NCBI GenBank assembly: GCA_965277805.1
Contig: OZ255842.1
Span: forward strand, 2,944,001-3,008,000
DNA: 64,000 nucleotides
DNA from: Candidatus Lustribacter sp.
Lineage (GTDB): Bacteria; Vulcanimicrobiota; Vulcanimicrobiia; Vulcanimicrobiales; Vulcanimicrobiaceae
Reading direction: 5' to 3'
Shown: positions 36,289 through 45,066 of the stretch, one piece after another
Layout: each line of letters begins with the position of its first letter
How positions within the stretch are numbered: position 1 is the first letter of the stretch
Position numbers and translations under genes: made by a program
The notes under the pieces: generated by a model
Told to the model about the DNA's origin: nothing
Database searches by the model: none
What the model saw: only the letters and a program-made list of their open reading frames with translations

Positions 36289-37157
36289 TGCAGCGCAGCG
36301 CATTCATGGCCGGCAGCGCGGCTGCCCTGGCCGCACCGCGGCCCGTTCGCGCGCAGACGATTCCGGTGGCCGATCTCGTCGACCGCTTTCCGGGCGTCAT
36401 CGGCATCTACTGCCGCACGCTTACGCCCGCGCCGCCGCTCGTCTCCGTGCGCGCGAACGAAGTCTTTGCCGCAGCCTCGATCATCAAGCTGCCGATCATG
36501 CTGACGGTCTATCGCGCCTACGAACGCAAGACCGCCTCGCCCGACGAGTACGTCACGCTGCTGCCCGGCGACATTACGGAAGGTGCACCGGTTCTCGGCG
36601 ACGCGCATTCGGGCCAGCGCTGGCCGATCGGCGTGCTCGTCAACGCGATGATCAAGTACAGCGACAACATCGCCTCCAACGCCCTGATCAGCCACTTCGG
36701 GTTCACCGCGATCAACGAGACGATCCGCAAGGCCGGGATGACCAAAACGGTCCTGGCACGCCACTTTGCCGGCGAAGTTCCGCCCGGACGGCGCAACCTC
36801 AACGTGACGACGCCGCACGACATCGGCGTGCTGCTCTACGAGATCGAGCGCGGCGCACACGAAGGTATTCCGACCGTCGCCTCGCCGGCTTCATGCCGCG
36901 CGATGGTGCAGACGATGCTCGGGCAGCAGTATCGCGAGATGATTCCGGCCGGCGTGAAGCGGCACGTGCCGATCGCGAACAAAACGGGCGAGCTCGACAA
37001 TGTGCGCAGCGATGCGGCGATCGTCGACCCGCTGAGCGAGGCACCGTACATCCTGGTGCTGCTCACTCGCGACCTCGATTACCCGGGCTTAGCCTACGGC
37101 GAGGTCGCCGAGTTTGCGCAGCGCATCGACAACGCAATGCGCCGCATCAGCCACTAG
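36288..37157 (+). CDS. Class A beta-lactamase-like serine hydrolase
   Basis: SIIK (SxxK), SDN, KTG; Tat-like N-terminus; TGATG coupling. Confidence 0.85.
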   Translation: MQRSAFMAGSAAALAAPRPVRAQTIPVADLVDRFPGVIGIYCRTLTPAPPLVSVRANEVFAAASIIKLPIMLTVYRAYERKTASPDEYVTLLPGDITEGAPVLGDAHSGQRWPIGVLVNAMIKYSDNIASNALISHFGFTAINETIRKAGMTKTVLARHFAGEVPPGRRNLNVTTPHDIGVLLYEIERGAHEGIPTVASPASCRAMVQTMLGQQYREMIPAGVKRHVPIANKTGELDNVRSDAAIVDPLSEAPYILVLLTRDLDYPGLAYGEVAEFAQRIDNAMRRISH

Positions 37158-37645
37158 GGTTTTTCTTCGATCGTGACGGTCGTCATGACGTCGCCCTTGC
37201 GGATCGCATCGACGACGGACTGCCCTTCGACCACGTGGCCGAAGACCGTGTACTGCTTGTTGAGAAACGGCGCGTCGCCGAGACAGATGTAGAACTGCGA
37301 GCCGGCCGAGTTCGGGTTCGAACTGCGCGCCATTGCGACCGTTCCGGTGATGTGCGGGTTGTCGCTGAATTCCGCATCGAGGTTATAGCCGGGTCCGCCC
37401 GTGCCGTTGCCGTCGGGGCAGCCGCCTTGGATCACAAAGCCGGGCTCGACACGGTGGAAGGTGAGGCCGTCGTAAAAGCCGGCCCGCGCCAGCTTGATGA
37501 ACGCCGCCGAATGTTGCGGAGCGGCATCGGGATAGAACGTGAAGACGATGTCACCTTTCTCGGTCGTGATGCGAGCGCGAGCGCTTGCTGCCTCTTTTGC
37601 GAGTTCGGTCAGTTCATCGCCGGTTGGTTTACTGTAGGTCGCCAT
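37154..37645 (-). CDS. Cyclophilin-type peptidyl-prolyl isomerase
   Basis: FYDGLTFHRVEPGFVIQGG, AMARS..NSAGSQFYI, YTVFG. Confidence 0.95.
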   Translation of the reverse strand: MATYSKPTGDELTELAKEAASARARITTEKGDIVFTFYPDAAPQHSAAFIKLARAGFYDGLTFHRVEPGFVIQGGCPDGNGTGGPGYNLDAEFSDNPHITGTVAMARSSNPNSAGSQFYICLGDAPFLNKQYTVFGHVVEGQSVVDAIRKGDVMTTVTIEEKP

Positions 37646-37685
37646 ATAGCGGCGTTCTACGGCGCGGAAGATGAGGGTGCCCGCC

Positions 37686-37711
37686 GTTATAGGTCCCTTC
37701 TAACAGGGTAT
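37686..37711 (+). promoter_or_regulatory. SigB/SigF-like promoter candidate
   Basis: GTTATA-N14-GGGTAT upstream of the RsbW-like gene. Confidence 0.4.
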
Positions 37712-37773
37712 TGTAAGGATCGACGCGTTCAGGCGGCATCCCGGCGGGCGCGGGATCGGAAGCGGTGCAAAGA

Positions 37774-38244
37774 ATGACGGACAACGAGCGACGGCACACG
37801 GCGCGGGGGGCGCAGCTGCGCCTATCCGTACCCCCGGACCCGCGTCTCGGCGCGTACGTTCGCCAAGAGCTCCTGACGTTCGCCGAGGCCAACGGGATCG
37901 GCGACGCAGACCTGACCGATTTCATGACGGCGGTGGGCGAAGCGCTCGCCAACGCCATCGAGCACGCGCACAGCATCGAGCCCATCGAAGTGACCGCCTG
38001 GCTGCTCGACGACCGGCTGTTCGCCGCGGTACGCGACCACGGCGTCGGGTTCCCGGTGAACGACCGTTCACTTGCGAAGGCGCTGCCGGATGCCTTCGCC
38101 GAACGCGGACGGGGCCTGCCGATCATGCAGCGATGCGCCGACCTGTGCAGCGTCCGCAGCATCCCCGGCGAGGGAACGCGCGTCACGCTCGGCCTGCAAG
38201 TCAACCGCCAGTCGGAGCACGATTTTCAGCGCTGCGTGGGGTAG
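37774..38244 (+). CDS. RsbW-like anti-sigma factor / HATPase_c_2 protein
   Basis: VGEALANAIEHA, VRDHGVGF, ERGRGLPIM, GTRVTL. Confidence 0.88.
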   Translation: MTDNERRHTARGAQLRLSVPPDPRLGAYVRQELLTFAEANGIGDADLTDFMTAVGEALANAIEHAHSIEPIEVTAWLLDDRLFAAVRDHGVGFPVNDRSLAKALPDAFAERGRGLPIMQRCADLCSVRSIPGEGTRVTLGLQVNRQSEHDFQRCVG

Positions 38245-38245
38245 C

Positions 38246-39439
38246 TCAAGCCGCCGTCAGGCGTAACGGGATCCGGGCGAAGCTGCGCAGCGAGTTGTTG
38301 AGATGAAGCACGGGCTCGCCCGCGGGCGCGATCGTGCGCACGCGGCGCGCGAGTTCGGTGAGGATGATCTCCCCTTCTATTTCCGCGAGTGCCTCGCCGA
38401 CGCAGCGGTGAATGCCTACGCCGAACGCGACGTGACCGCCGCTCTTGCGCCGGATGTCGAAGACGTCCGGGTCATCCCAGCGCCGTGGATCGCGGTTTGC
38501 CGCGGCGAAAAACACGAGCACCTTCTCGCCCTCCGTTAACGGTACGCCCGCGAGTTCGGTCGCGCGCGACGTCGTCCGGAAGAACGCTTGGACCGGCGAT
38601 TCCAGCCGCATCGCTTCATCGAACGCCGAGCGTGCAAGCGACGGCGTTTCGCGGAGCAGCGCCCATTGCTCCGGAAAGCGCGCGAACGCAACGAGCGCGT
38701 TCCCGATCGCCGCGATCGTCGTATCCAGGCCTGCCGAAAGCAGGGAACGCACGAGCATCCCGGCTTCTTCTTCGGTCGCCTCGCCCGCGTCGACCGCAGC
38801 GTAGACCTCCGCTCCGAGCCCATCCGTGGTGAGGCCGGCACGCGAGCACGATTGCATGATCCACGGGATCACCGTTCCGGCGCTCGCCATCGACTGCTCG
38901 ACTAGCGCGTTGCGCGGACCGACGGCGTTGAACACCATGTCGCCGTAGGGAGCGAGGTTCTCGCGGCCTTCGCTCGGCAAGCCGACGGCGTCGGGGAAGA
39001 CTTTCTCCGGAAACGCGCGCGCGATGTCGGCCATACCGTCGACATCGCGCCGCTCGAGCAGCGTTTCGACGAGCCGCTTCGCCTCGGCCTCGAAGACCGG
39101 CCGGAAATCGCGCAGCACTTGCGGCGTCATGACGCGCGCGAGGATCTTGTGCGTGCGCGTGTGCAACGGCGGATCCGCTTCGAGGATGATGCTCGGCACG
39201 CGCCATGGTTTTTCGTTGCGGAAATTCGCGAGGCCGACGCCCGCGCCCGATGCGAACGTTTCCCAGTCGAGGAGCACGGCGTTGACGTCTTCGTAACGCG
39301 CGACCGCCCAGCAATCGTACTGGCTGAGGCGCACGACCGGACCCAAATCGCGCAGCACCGCGTGCAGCGGATACGGATCGGTCATCGCGTCCGTCGAGTA
39401 CGGATCCACGTCGGAAACCGGAAACGTAACAGCGCTCAT
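38246..39439 (-). CDS. Cytochrome P450, CYP199A-like
   Basis: FGVGIHRCVG heme Cys. EKPWRVPSIILEADPP, LVRSLLSAGLDTT and ESPVQAFFRTT closely resemble CYP199A as I recall it. Confidence 0.9.
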   Translation of the reverse strand: MSAVTFPVSDVDPYSTDAMTDPYPLHAVLRDLGPVVRLSQYDCWAVARYEDVNAVLLDWETFASGAGVGLANFRNEKPWRVPSIILEADPPLHTRTHKILARVMTPQVLRDFRPVFEAEAKRLVETLLERRDVDGMADIARAFPEKVFPDAVGLPSEGRENLAPYGDMVFNAVGPRNALVEQSMASAGTVIPWIMQSCSRAGLTTDGLGAEVYAAVDAGEATEEEAGMLVRSLLSAGLDTTIAAIGNALVAFARFPEQWALLRETPSLARSAFDEAMRLESPVQAFFRTTSRATELAGVPLTEGEKVLVFFAAANRDPRRWDDPDVFDIRRKSGGHVAFGVGIHRCVGEALAEIEGEIILTELARRVRTIAPAGEPVLHLNNSLRSFARIPLRLTAA

Positions 39440-39466
39440 TTGCGCAACGCTTCCGTTCGCGGCAGT

Positions 39467-40402
39467 TCAGTCCTCCGGATGCTCCACCACGTCGATCATC
39501 GCTTCGACGACCAGCGGATCGAACTGCGTTTCGCGGTGTTTGACCAATTGGTCGAGGGCAAGCGAGGGTGACATCGCCTGACGATACGGCCTGCGCCCGA
39601 TCATGGCATTGAAGCAATCAGCGACGCTGACGATGCGCACATCCACTGTAATTTCGTCGCCGGCGAGGCGGTCGGGATAGCCCTTGCCGTCTGGCCGTTC
39701 GTGGTGGCTCGCAACCAGCGGGGCGAAGGGCCGCAGGCGTTCGACCTCGCGAACCATCGCGGCGCCGGCTGTCGTATGATCGCGCATGGTCGCGAACTCC
39801 GCCTCGGTCAACATACGCGGAGCGAGCAAGATCTCGCGCGGAGTCAGCGTTTTTCCCACGTCGTGGAGCAGCCCGCCACGCGCCACAAACAAACGCTGTT
39901 CCTCGGGAAGTCCCAACCGGAGCGCAAGCCGGCGGCACCACAGTGAAACGGCTCGCGAATGTTCGGCACTCAGCGGATCCGTATCATCGAGGCGCACCAA
40001 AAACGCCCCGATGGACTCGTCGATGCCGTCCGACATGACGTGTGTTTGCGGGTCGCCGGCGGCTTTCAGTTCAGAAAGTTTGGTTGCTATCGCGCGCTCG
40101 AGTGCCTGCAAGTCGCTCTCGAGTGAGTCACTGCCTAGCTTCCGGCGCCGCAATTCACGTTGCGCAACAGGGCACGCCGCCCGCAACAACGCTGCGATAT
40201 TCGGAAAGGCACCGTAGCGCTCGCACGCACCCTGTGCCCACTGCGCCAACTGCAATGAGCCGGAACCACTGCGGGCGTCGTCGAGACGCTCCGCAAACGC
40301 CATCGCCACGAGATGCACCATGACGGTCGGTTGGGCGTCAGTTTCCGCCACAAAGGCTGCCGCGAATTCTCGTCGCAGCGGTAGATCTGCCGCTACCATC
40401 AC
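39467..40402 (-). CDS. HD-GYP domain protein with helical N-terminal domain
   Basis: EHSRAV, LLHDVGK, HHERPDGKGYPD, VADCFNAM..RRPYR. GTG 40402 / ATG 40399 overlap the stop of the upstream gene. Confidence 0.9.
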   Translation of the reverse strand: MMVAADLPLRREFAAAFVAETDAQPTVMVHLVAMAFAERLDDARSGSGSLQLAQWAQGACERYGAFPNIAALLRAACPVAQRELRRRKLGSDSLESDLQALERAIATKLSELKAAGDPQTHVMSDGIDESIGAFLVRLDDTDPLSAEHSRAVSLWCRRLALRLGLPEEQRLFVARGGLLHDVGKTLTPREILLAPRMLTEAEFATMRDHTTAGAAMVREVERLRPFAPLVASHHERPDGKGYPDRLAGDEITVDVRIVSVADCFNAMIGRRPYRQAMSPSLALDQLVKHRETQFDPLVVEAMIDVVEHPED

Positions 40403-42522
40403 GTGGCGCTCCACGGCATGGCAAGCCGCCCGTATGGAATGGTCGCGATCATGCGAGCCCAGCCACCGAGCCCATTCGCGTGCATCTGTTCGAGAAGCGT
40501 CAGCAAAGACTCGCTGCGGCACTCCTGTTTTGATCCCGCAATCGCCGCCAGAACGTCGTGAAACGGGGCGAAACGCGGCCAGCGCACGATCTCCGTTGCG
40601 GTCGCATCCAGGAGTTCCCGCGCGCCGGTGATCCGCCCCAGCACGAGTGCCGCCAGTGCCAGAAGCAGTTCCGCGCGCAATGTTTCGACACTGTGCCTGC
40701 TTTCAACCGCCGCAAGTTCGCCATGCGCACATGCGAGCGCGTCGGGGGCGCCGGTCATGCCGGCGATCGCGCCGTACAGACCGATTTCCGCCCACCGAAG
40801 AGCGCGCGTCTCCGGCGAACTCTGCCTTCCCCCGCTTGCAACGAGCAGCGCATAGGCGTTGTCGAACGCACCCGACCACGTACTTTGGAGTGCCCGAGCG
40901 GGCATCAAGCCTTCCTCGACGTGCTGCAGGCTTGCTTCGATTTCTTCACCCGCAAGCTGAGCATCCAACTTCGCCAATGCAGGAGCGTTGCAGCGCTCCG
41001 CTTCGATCAGATATGTGCCGATCAGCGCGAAGCGACGAAAAATTGCGTTGCCGAGGCGCGCTGCGGCCTTGCCGATGTCGGTTAGCGCCTCGAGAGCTTG
41101 CAGCTGGTCGTCATTATATGAAAAAGCAACAACGTACGAGACGCTGCGAGCGACCGCGATGAGATCGTCGTTTCCGTGTTCCTGGGCAAGGGACGCCGCC
41201 AGTTGCGCGTGCTTCTGGGCTCGCTCAGGGTCGGCCGCGCTCAGGGCCACGAACGCCGCCCGCTGATGCACGGTCGCCCGTACGGCAACGTCGTCGATGA
41301 GCTCAAGCGCGGCAACGGCTTGGCCGACGCAGGCTTCGGCTTGCGCCTGCCGTCCGGCGCTTGCATGAGCCGTCGCGAGTGATGCCAAGATCGACACGGC
41401 GTGAGTGCCGCCCGCATGCCGCGAGAGCGCTTCAAGACGGTCGAATGCGTCGGTTCGCCCGCGCCGCAGCAGTTCGACCGCAAATGCGATGTCGATTCGC
41501 AAGCGTTGCGCTTCATCTCGCGCCAGCCGGAGAGCGTTCTCGAACCATGCCTCGGAAACGTCGTAGCGGCCGCGATAGGATTCATCGATCGCCTCGAGCA
41601 TGAGGGCGATCGGGATCTCGCGGCGTGTTTCCGGCGGAAGTGCGCTTATCGCAGCAAAGACGATGTCTGCTGCGTCACCATCGTGAAGATCGAATCCGTA
41701 ACAATCGAGGATCCGCTTCACGTCGATATGTGCTCGAGCCGCCACGTACCATTGCAATGCCGCGCCGAAATTGCCCGCCGCCTCCAATGATCGTGCGGCC
41801 GCCTCCCAGTTGCCGGCAGGAGCGCCGGGGTCTTCGCGCGGCGCGCTTACGTCGCCGGCGCCGGCGACGATCGCTCCGATGCAGCCGTCGTTGCGCTCCC
41901 GGAGCCATTCGATCAGCGCGGCGTCGGTCTCCAGTGACGCCGCAAGGTCGGGCACATCGCCGGCTTCGAACCGCAGTGCGAACTCGTCCACCGAAGCGTC
42001 CGCAAGTCCGGACGCCAGCCACCGCGGTAACGGCAACGCCGCCGTCGAACGGGTTCCGAGGATCCAGCGAACGTAGCCGCCGCTGGCTTCAGCCATGGCG
42101 ACGAGAAATCCAAACGCGGCGTCGCTTTCATCGATCCGATGTAACTGGTCGACCGCGATGACGACCGGCCTCTCGAGTTGTTCGGCCAACCACGTCGCGA
42201 TACTCCGCCACGAATTCGATTGGCGCCGCGCGCTGGAAACGGCTGCCGGCAAAAGCTTGAGCGCCCGGGGGGCTACGGGCGCCAACGCCTCCGTTAACCC
42301 GCGCGCAAACGCGGCGACGCCGGCGTGTTCCGCACCAACCGCGAACGTCACGACCGGTTCCTTGAGCATCGCGAGGTGCTGCTCGATGGCCACGCTCTTA
42401 CCGCATCCCGCGCGTCCATGAACCACCACGATGCGGCGGCGCGCCGACACGCGCAACCGCCGCGTGACGCGCGGCCGTGCAACTCGAGCCGGGGCCACAC
42501 TGCCCGGCGCTGCGGAGGTCAT
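40399..42522 (-). CDS. MalT-like STAND NTPase with TPR-like helical region, no C-terminal HTH
   Basis: VARPRV, Walker A GRAGCGKS, Walker B variant IAVDQLH, LGTRS, LRF; Ala/Leu-rich helical repeats. Confidence 0.7.
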   Translation of the reverse strand: MTSAAPGSVAPARVARPRVTRRLRVSARRRIVVVHGRAGCGKSVAIEQHLAMLKEPVVTFAVGAEHAGVAAFARGLTEALAPVAPRALKLLPAAVSSARRQSNSWRSIATWLAEQLERPVVIAVDQLHRIDESDAAFGFLVAMAEASGGYVRWILGTRSTAALPLPRWLASGLADASVDEFALRFEAGDVPDLAASLETDAALIEWLRERNDGCIGAIVAGAGDVSAPREDPGAPAGNWEAAARSLEAAGNFGAALQWYVAARAHIDVKRILDCYGFDLHDGDAADIVFAAISALPPETRREIPIALMLEAIDESYRGRYDVSEAWFENALRLARDEAQRLRIDIAFAVELLRRGRTDAFDRLEALSRHAGGTHAVSILASLATAHASAGRQAQAEACVGQAVAALELIDDVAVRATVHQRAAFVALSAADPERAQKHAQLAASLAQEHGNDDLIAVARSVSYVVAFSYNDDQLQALEALTDIGKAAARLGNAIFRRFALIGTYLIEAERCNAPALAKLDAQLAGEEIEASLQHVEEGLMPARALQSTWSGAFDNAYALLVASGGRQSSPETRALRWAEIGLYGAIAGMTGAPDALACAHGELAAVESRHSVETLRAELLLALAALVLGRITGARELLDATATEIVRWPRFAPFHDVLAAIAGSKQECRSESLLTLLEQMHANGLGGWARMIATIPYGRLAMPWSAT

Positions 42523-43892
42523 GAGTTGAAGGCTTGATTACCGTTCGGCGCGCCGATCCCGGTGGGTCCGTCGTAGCCGGGCTGGGACTGGCAAAAGTAC
42601 GCTATTGCGCACGTGCCGTTGCTTCCCGACGTGATCGAAAAGAACGTGTTTGCATGATTGTAGAGTTGCTGCGCGCCGGCGTAGTGTTCCGGATGCGGTC
42701 CCATGGCAATGATCGCTGAAACGATCGGAGACCCGATACTCGTTCCCCCAATGACAGTCCAGCCGCCGCTCGAACCATTTAAGATACTGTCGTACACGGC
42801 CATCCCGGTCGACGGGTCGGCGACGACGGCGAGATCGTTCATCACTCGCATCTTGCATCCGGGATCGTGCTGCCAATTCGGCTTCTTGATGAACGCGCTG
42901 CACCCACTGTTCGTCAACGGCCAAACGACTTCAGAGAGCCCGCCCGCTGACTCATACAGTGTCGTTCCGCCGACCGCAATGACGTACTCCGAGGAAGCGG
43001 GGAACATGGCCCCATAGCCGCGGTCTCCGGCAGAAGCGACCACTGCGACGCCCGGGTGATTGTAATGCGAGTCGTATTGGACGTTGTCCGAGGCTTCGGG
43101 AACACCGTAGCTGTTACTGATCACCTTCGCGCCGGCGGCTGCTGCACGGTCGACAGCCGCTGCGAGATCGGGAATGTTCGAGCTCGACGCTTCAACCAGC
43201 ATGATATTGCAGGCCGGGCAGACCGCAGAAACCGTCTCAATGTCGGTGGCGGCCTCGACGGCCCAGCCAACGTTCAGCGCCGGATAATTCGTGCTACCGT
43301 CCTGAGCTATTTTCTTAAAGCATCCATTCGCGGTAGTGCATGGCGGCAACCCGAAGGTGTTGCGATAGACGGCGAGGTCGGCTTCGGCCGCCGGATCGTC
43401 GAAGGCTACCACGACGGCCACCGTTACGTGTGCGCCGTCGTTGAGATTGAGCGGGGGTAAGTTGTAGATCTGCTGGATCCAGCCCGGCAACATACCGCTG
43501 AGCAGTTCGGCCGGCGTAGAAGAGGGCTGAATAGGCACATCGGTGCGAACCTTCGCGTGACAGCCAGCCGGGCCGGGCGTGTTTCCCGCGAGGGTACATA
43601 GAGCGCTGCTGGTCGTTCCGTTGACTTGACCGATGGCCGGAAACGCGCTTAAAGGTGCCGGAAATGCACTCAACGGCGCGGGAAACGCGCTCAACGGCGC
43701 GGGGAAAGCGCTTAGTGCTGCAGTATCCCGGCGATCGATCGTTTGGGTGGAGACCGATGCGAGCGGCCGGTGTGCCGATAGGGCGGCGGATTCGAAAGCG
43801 GACGTCGTCGCAGTCGTCGTGGGTAATCCGCCGGCGCATCCTGCGCACATCACGACAAAAACGAGGCCCGACATTGGCCAGCGAAAACGCAT
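42519..43892 (-). CDS. S53 (sedolisin-family) serine peptidase, probable lipoprotein, with heptapeptide repeats
   Basis: RBS GAGGAG; CAG|C lipobox; WAVEAATD (ExxxD), SAGD oxyanion Asp, GGTSIGSP, GYDGPTGIGAPNG Ca-binding motif. Confidence 0.9.
   Translation of the reverse strand: MRFRWPMSGLVFVVMCAGCAGGLPTTTATTSAFESAALSAHRPLASVSTQTIDRRDTAALSAFPAPLSAFPAPLSAFPAPLSAFPAIGQVNGTTSSALCTLAGNTPGPAGCHAKVRTDVPIQPSSTPAELLSGMLPGWIQQIYNLPPLNLNDGAHVTVAVVVAFDDPAAEADLAVYRNTFGLPPCTTANGCFKKIAQDGSTNYPALNVGWAVEAATDIETVSAVCPACNIMLVEASSSNIPDLAAAVDRAAAAGAKVISNSYGVPEASDNVQYDSHYNHPGVAVVASAGDRGYGAMFPASSEYVIAVGGTTLYESAGGLSEVVWPLTNSGCSAFIKKPNWQHDPGCKMRVMNDLAVVADPSTGMAVYDSILNGSSGGWTVIGGTSIGSPIVSAIIAMGPHPEHYAGAQQLYNHANTFFSITSGSNGTCAIAYFCQSQPGYDGPTGIGAPNGNQAFNS
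43635..43718 (-). repeat. 4 x 21-bp coding tandem repeat, (A/P)LSAFPA
   Basis: GCACTAAGCGCTTTCCCCGCG / CCGTTGAGCGCGTTTCCCGCG / CCGTTGAGTGCATTTCCGGCA / CCTTTAAGCGCGTTTCCGGCC. Confidence 0.95.
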
Positions 43893-43965
43893 AGTCTCCT
43901 CTGCATTTGTACGTTGGGAATCAGGTAAACGCCCAACCCTCATGGTCAAGCGATGGGTTGAGTTA

Positions 43966-43990
43966 TTACCCCCCTGCTTGCCGCATAAAC
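43966..43990 (-). promoter_or_regulatory. SigB/SigF-like promoter candidate for the S53 operon
   Basis: GTTTAT-N13-GGGTAA on the minus strand. Confidence 0.5.
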
Positions 43991-44019
43991 CGCCTAAACA
44001 TTTTCGCGATGTTCAAAGA

Positions 44020-44047
44020 TTGCAATGCGACACGCGTCACATTGTAA
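44020..44047. promoter_or_regulatory. CRP/FNR-family-like palindromic site
   Basis: TTGCAATGCGA-CACGCG-TCACATTGTAA; core TGCGA-N6-TCACA is 9/10 to TGTGA-N6-TCACA. Confidence 0.55.
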
Positions 44048-44075
44048 AGCTCGCTTTAAAAAACTCTGCGGACCC

Positions 44076-45056
44076 CTATAGATGGACCGGCACGAATTTA
44101 CGCGTGATCAGCGTCTCGGGATCGGGCTTCTTGTCGAGAATCCCGAGATCGACGAACGAAGCGGCGAGCACTTGGAGCGCGGCGTTATCCCAGGCGCCGT
44201 TGCTCGACATCATGTTCATGATCGCATCGTACGATTGCCCCATCGACGCCTCGCTGACTTCCTCGTATTTTGCCGCGATGCTGATCGTCTGGGCGCGGTG
44301 GCTTTTCATGTAGCCAACCGAACGGAACCAGCCATCGAGGAACTTCTTGACCTGATCGGGGTGCGCCGCCACGAAATCATTGCGCGCGAAGATGACATGC
44401 GTGATGAAATGCGGCACGGTCGAGCCGAAGTTCATCAGAATGCGGCCCTGCTGATGCTCTTGCATGTCGTAACCGAGTTCGGTGGCCGCGATGAAGCCGT
44501 CGACCTCGCCCGTCTTCAGCGCGGCCGTCTGGGCTTTCGTGTCGCCGAGCGCGACGGTCGCAATGCCCGTCGGACCCCATTGATTCTTCACCGCAATCTG
44601 TTTCGCGAGCCAGTCCGTCAGCGAGCCGGCCGTGGTCACGCCGATGCGTTTCCCCTTCAGATCGGCGGCGCTCTTGATCGGGGAGTCGCTCGAAACCATC
44701 AGCGCCATGTTGTACGGCGAAGCGGCCAGTTCGGCGACGCCGATCGCCGGCACGCCTTTGGCGAGAAACCCGAGTCCGGGTCCCGACCCCAGACCGATCT
44801 CGATGTTCCCGGACGTCAGAGCCTGCTGCACTTGACCGTCTCCGCGCAGCGCGGATGACTGCACCTGAATGCCTTCGCGCTGCCAGATGCCGGCCGCTTC
44901 GCCGACCTGGATCGCGAGAAACGCGAGCGACACCGCTTGCGCCGTACCGACGCGAATGACCGGCAGATCGGCGCCCGGCAGCCGCGCCGGCACGAGTGCG
45001 AGGCTGAGCGCGCACACGGCGATCACCGCGGCGATGGTTGGACGAAGAGCACGCAT
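44076..45056 (-). CDS. NitT/TauT (NMT1-like) ABC substrate-binding protein
   Basis: Signal peptide; DLKGKRIGVTTAGSLTD; FVAAHPDQVKKFL. Confidence 0.88.
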   Translation of the reverse strand: MRALRPTIAAVIAVCALSLALVPARLPGADLPVIRVGTAQAVSLAFLAIQVGEAAGIWQREGIQVQSSALRGDGQVQQALTSGNIEIGLGSGPGLGFLAKGVPAIGVAELAASPYNMALMVSSDSPIKSAADLKGKRIGVTTAGSLTDWLAKQIAVKNQWGPTGIATVALGDTKAQTAALKTGEVDGFIAATELGYDMQEHQQGRILMNFGSTVPHFITHVIFARNDFVAAHPDQVKKFLDGWFRSVGYMKSHRAQTISIAAKYEEVSEASMGQSYDAIMNMMSSNGAWDNAALQVLAASFVDLGILDKKPDPETLITRKFVPVHL

Positions 45057-45066
45057 ACGAATCTCC

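Noticed and set aside
40403-40522. 124-nt overlap of the STAND and HD-GYP genes
   Set aside because: A coupled start at 40402/40399 explains the gene without the long overlap.
40399-42522. Avs-type anti-phage STAND system
   Set aside because: The architecture is MalT-like with an N-terminal NTPase and no nuclease, TIR or SIR2 effector; there is no defence-island context.
43635-43718. 21-bp repeats as a CRISPR array or neutral VNTR
   Set aside because: No spacers and no cas genes; differences are almost all synonymous within a CDS.
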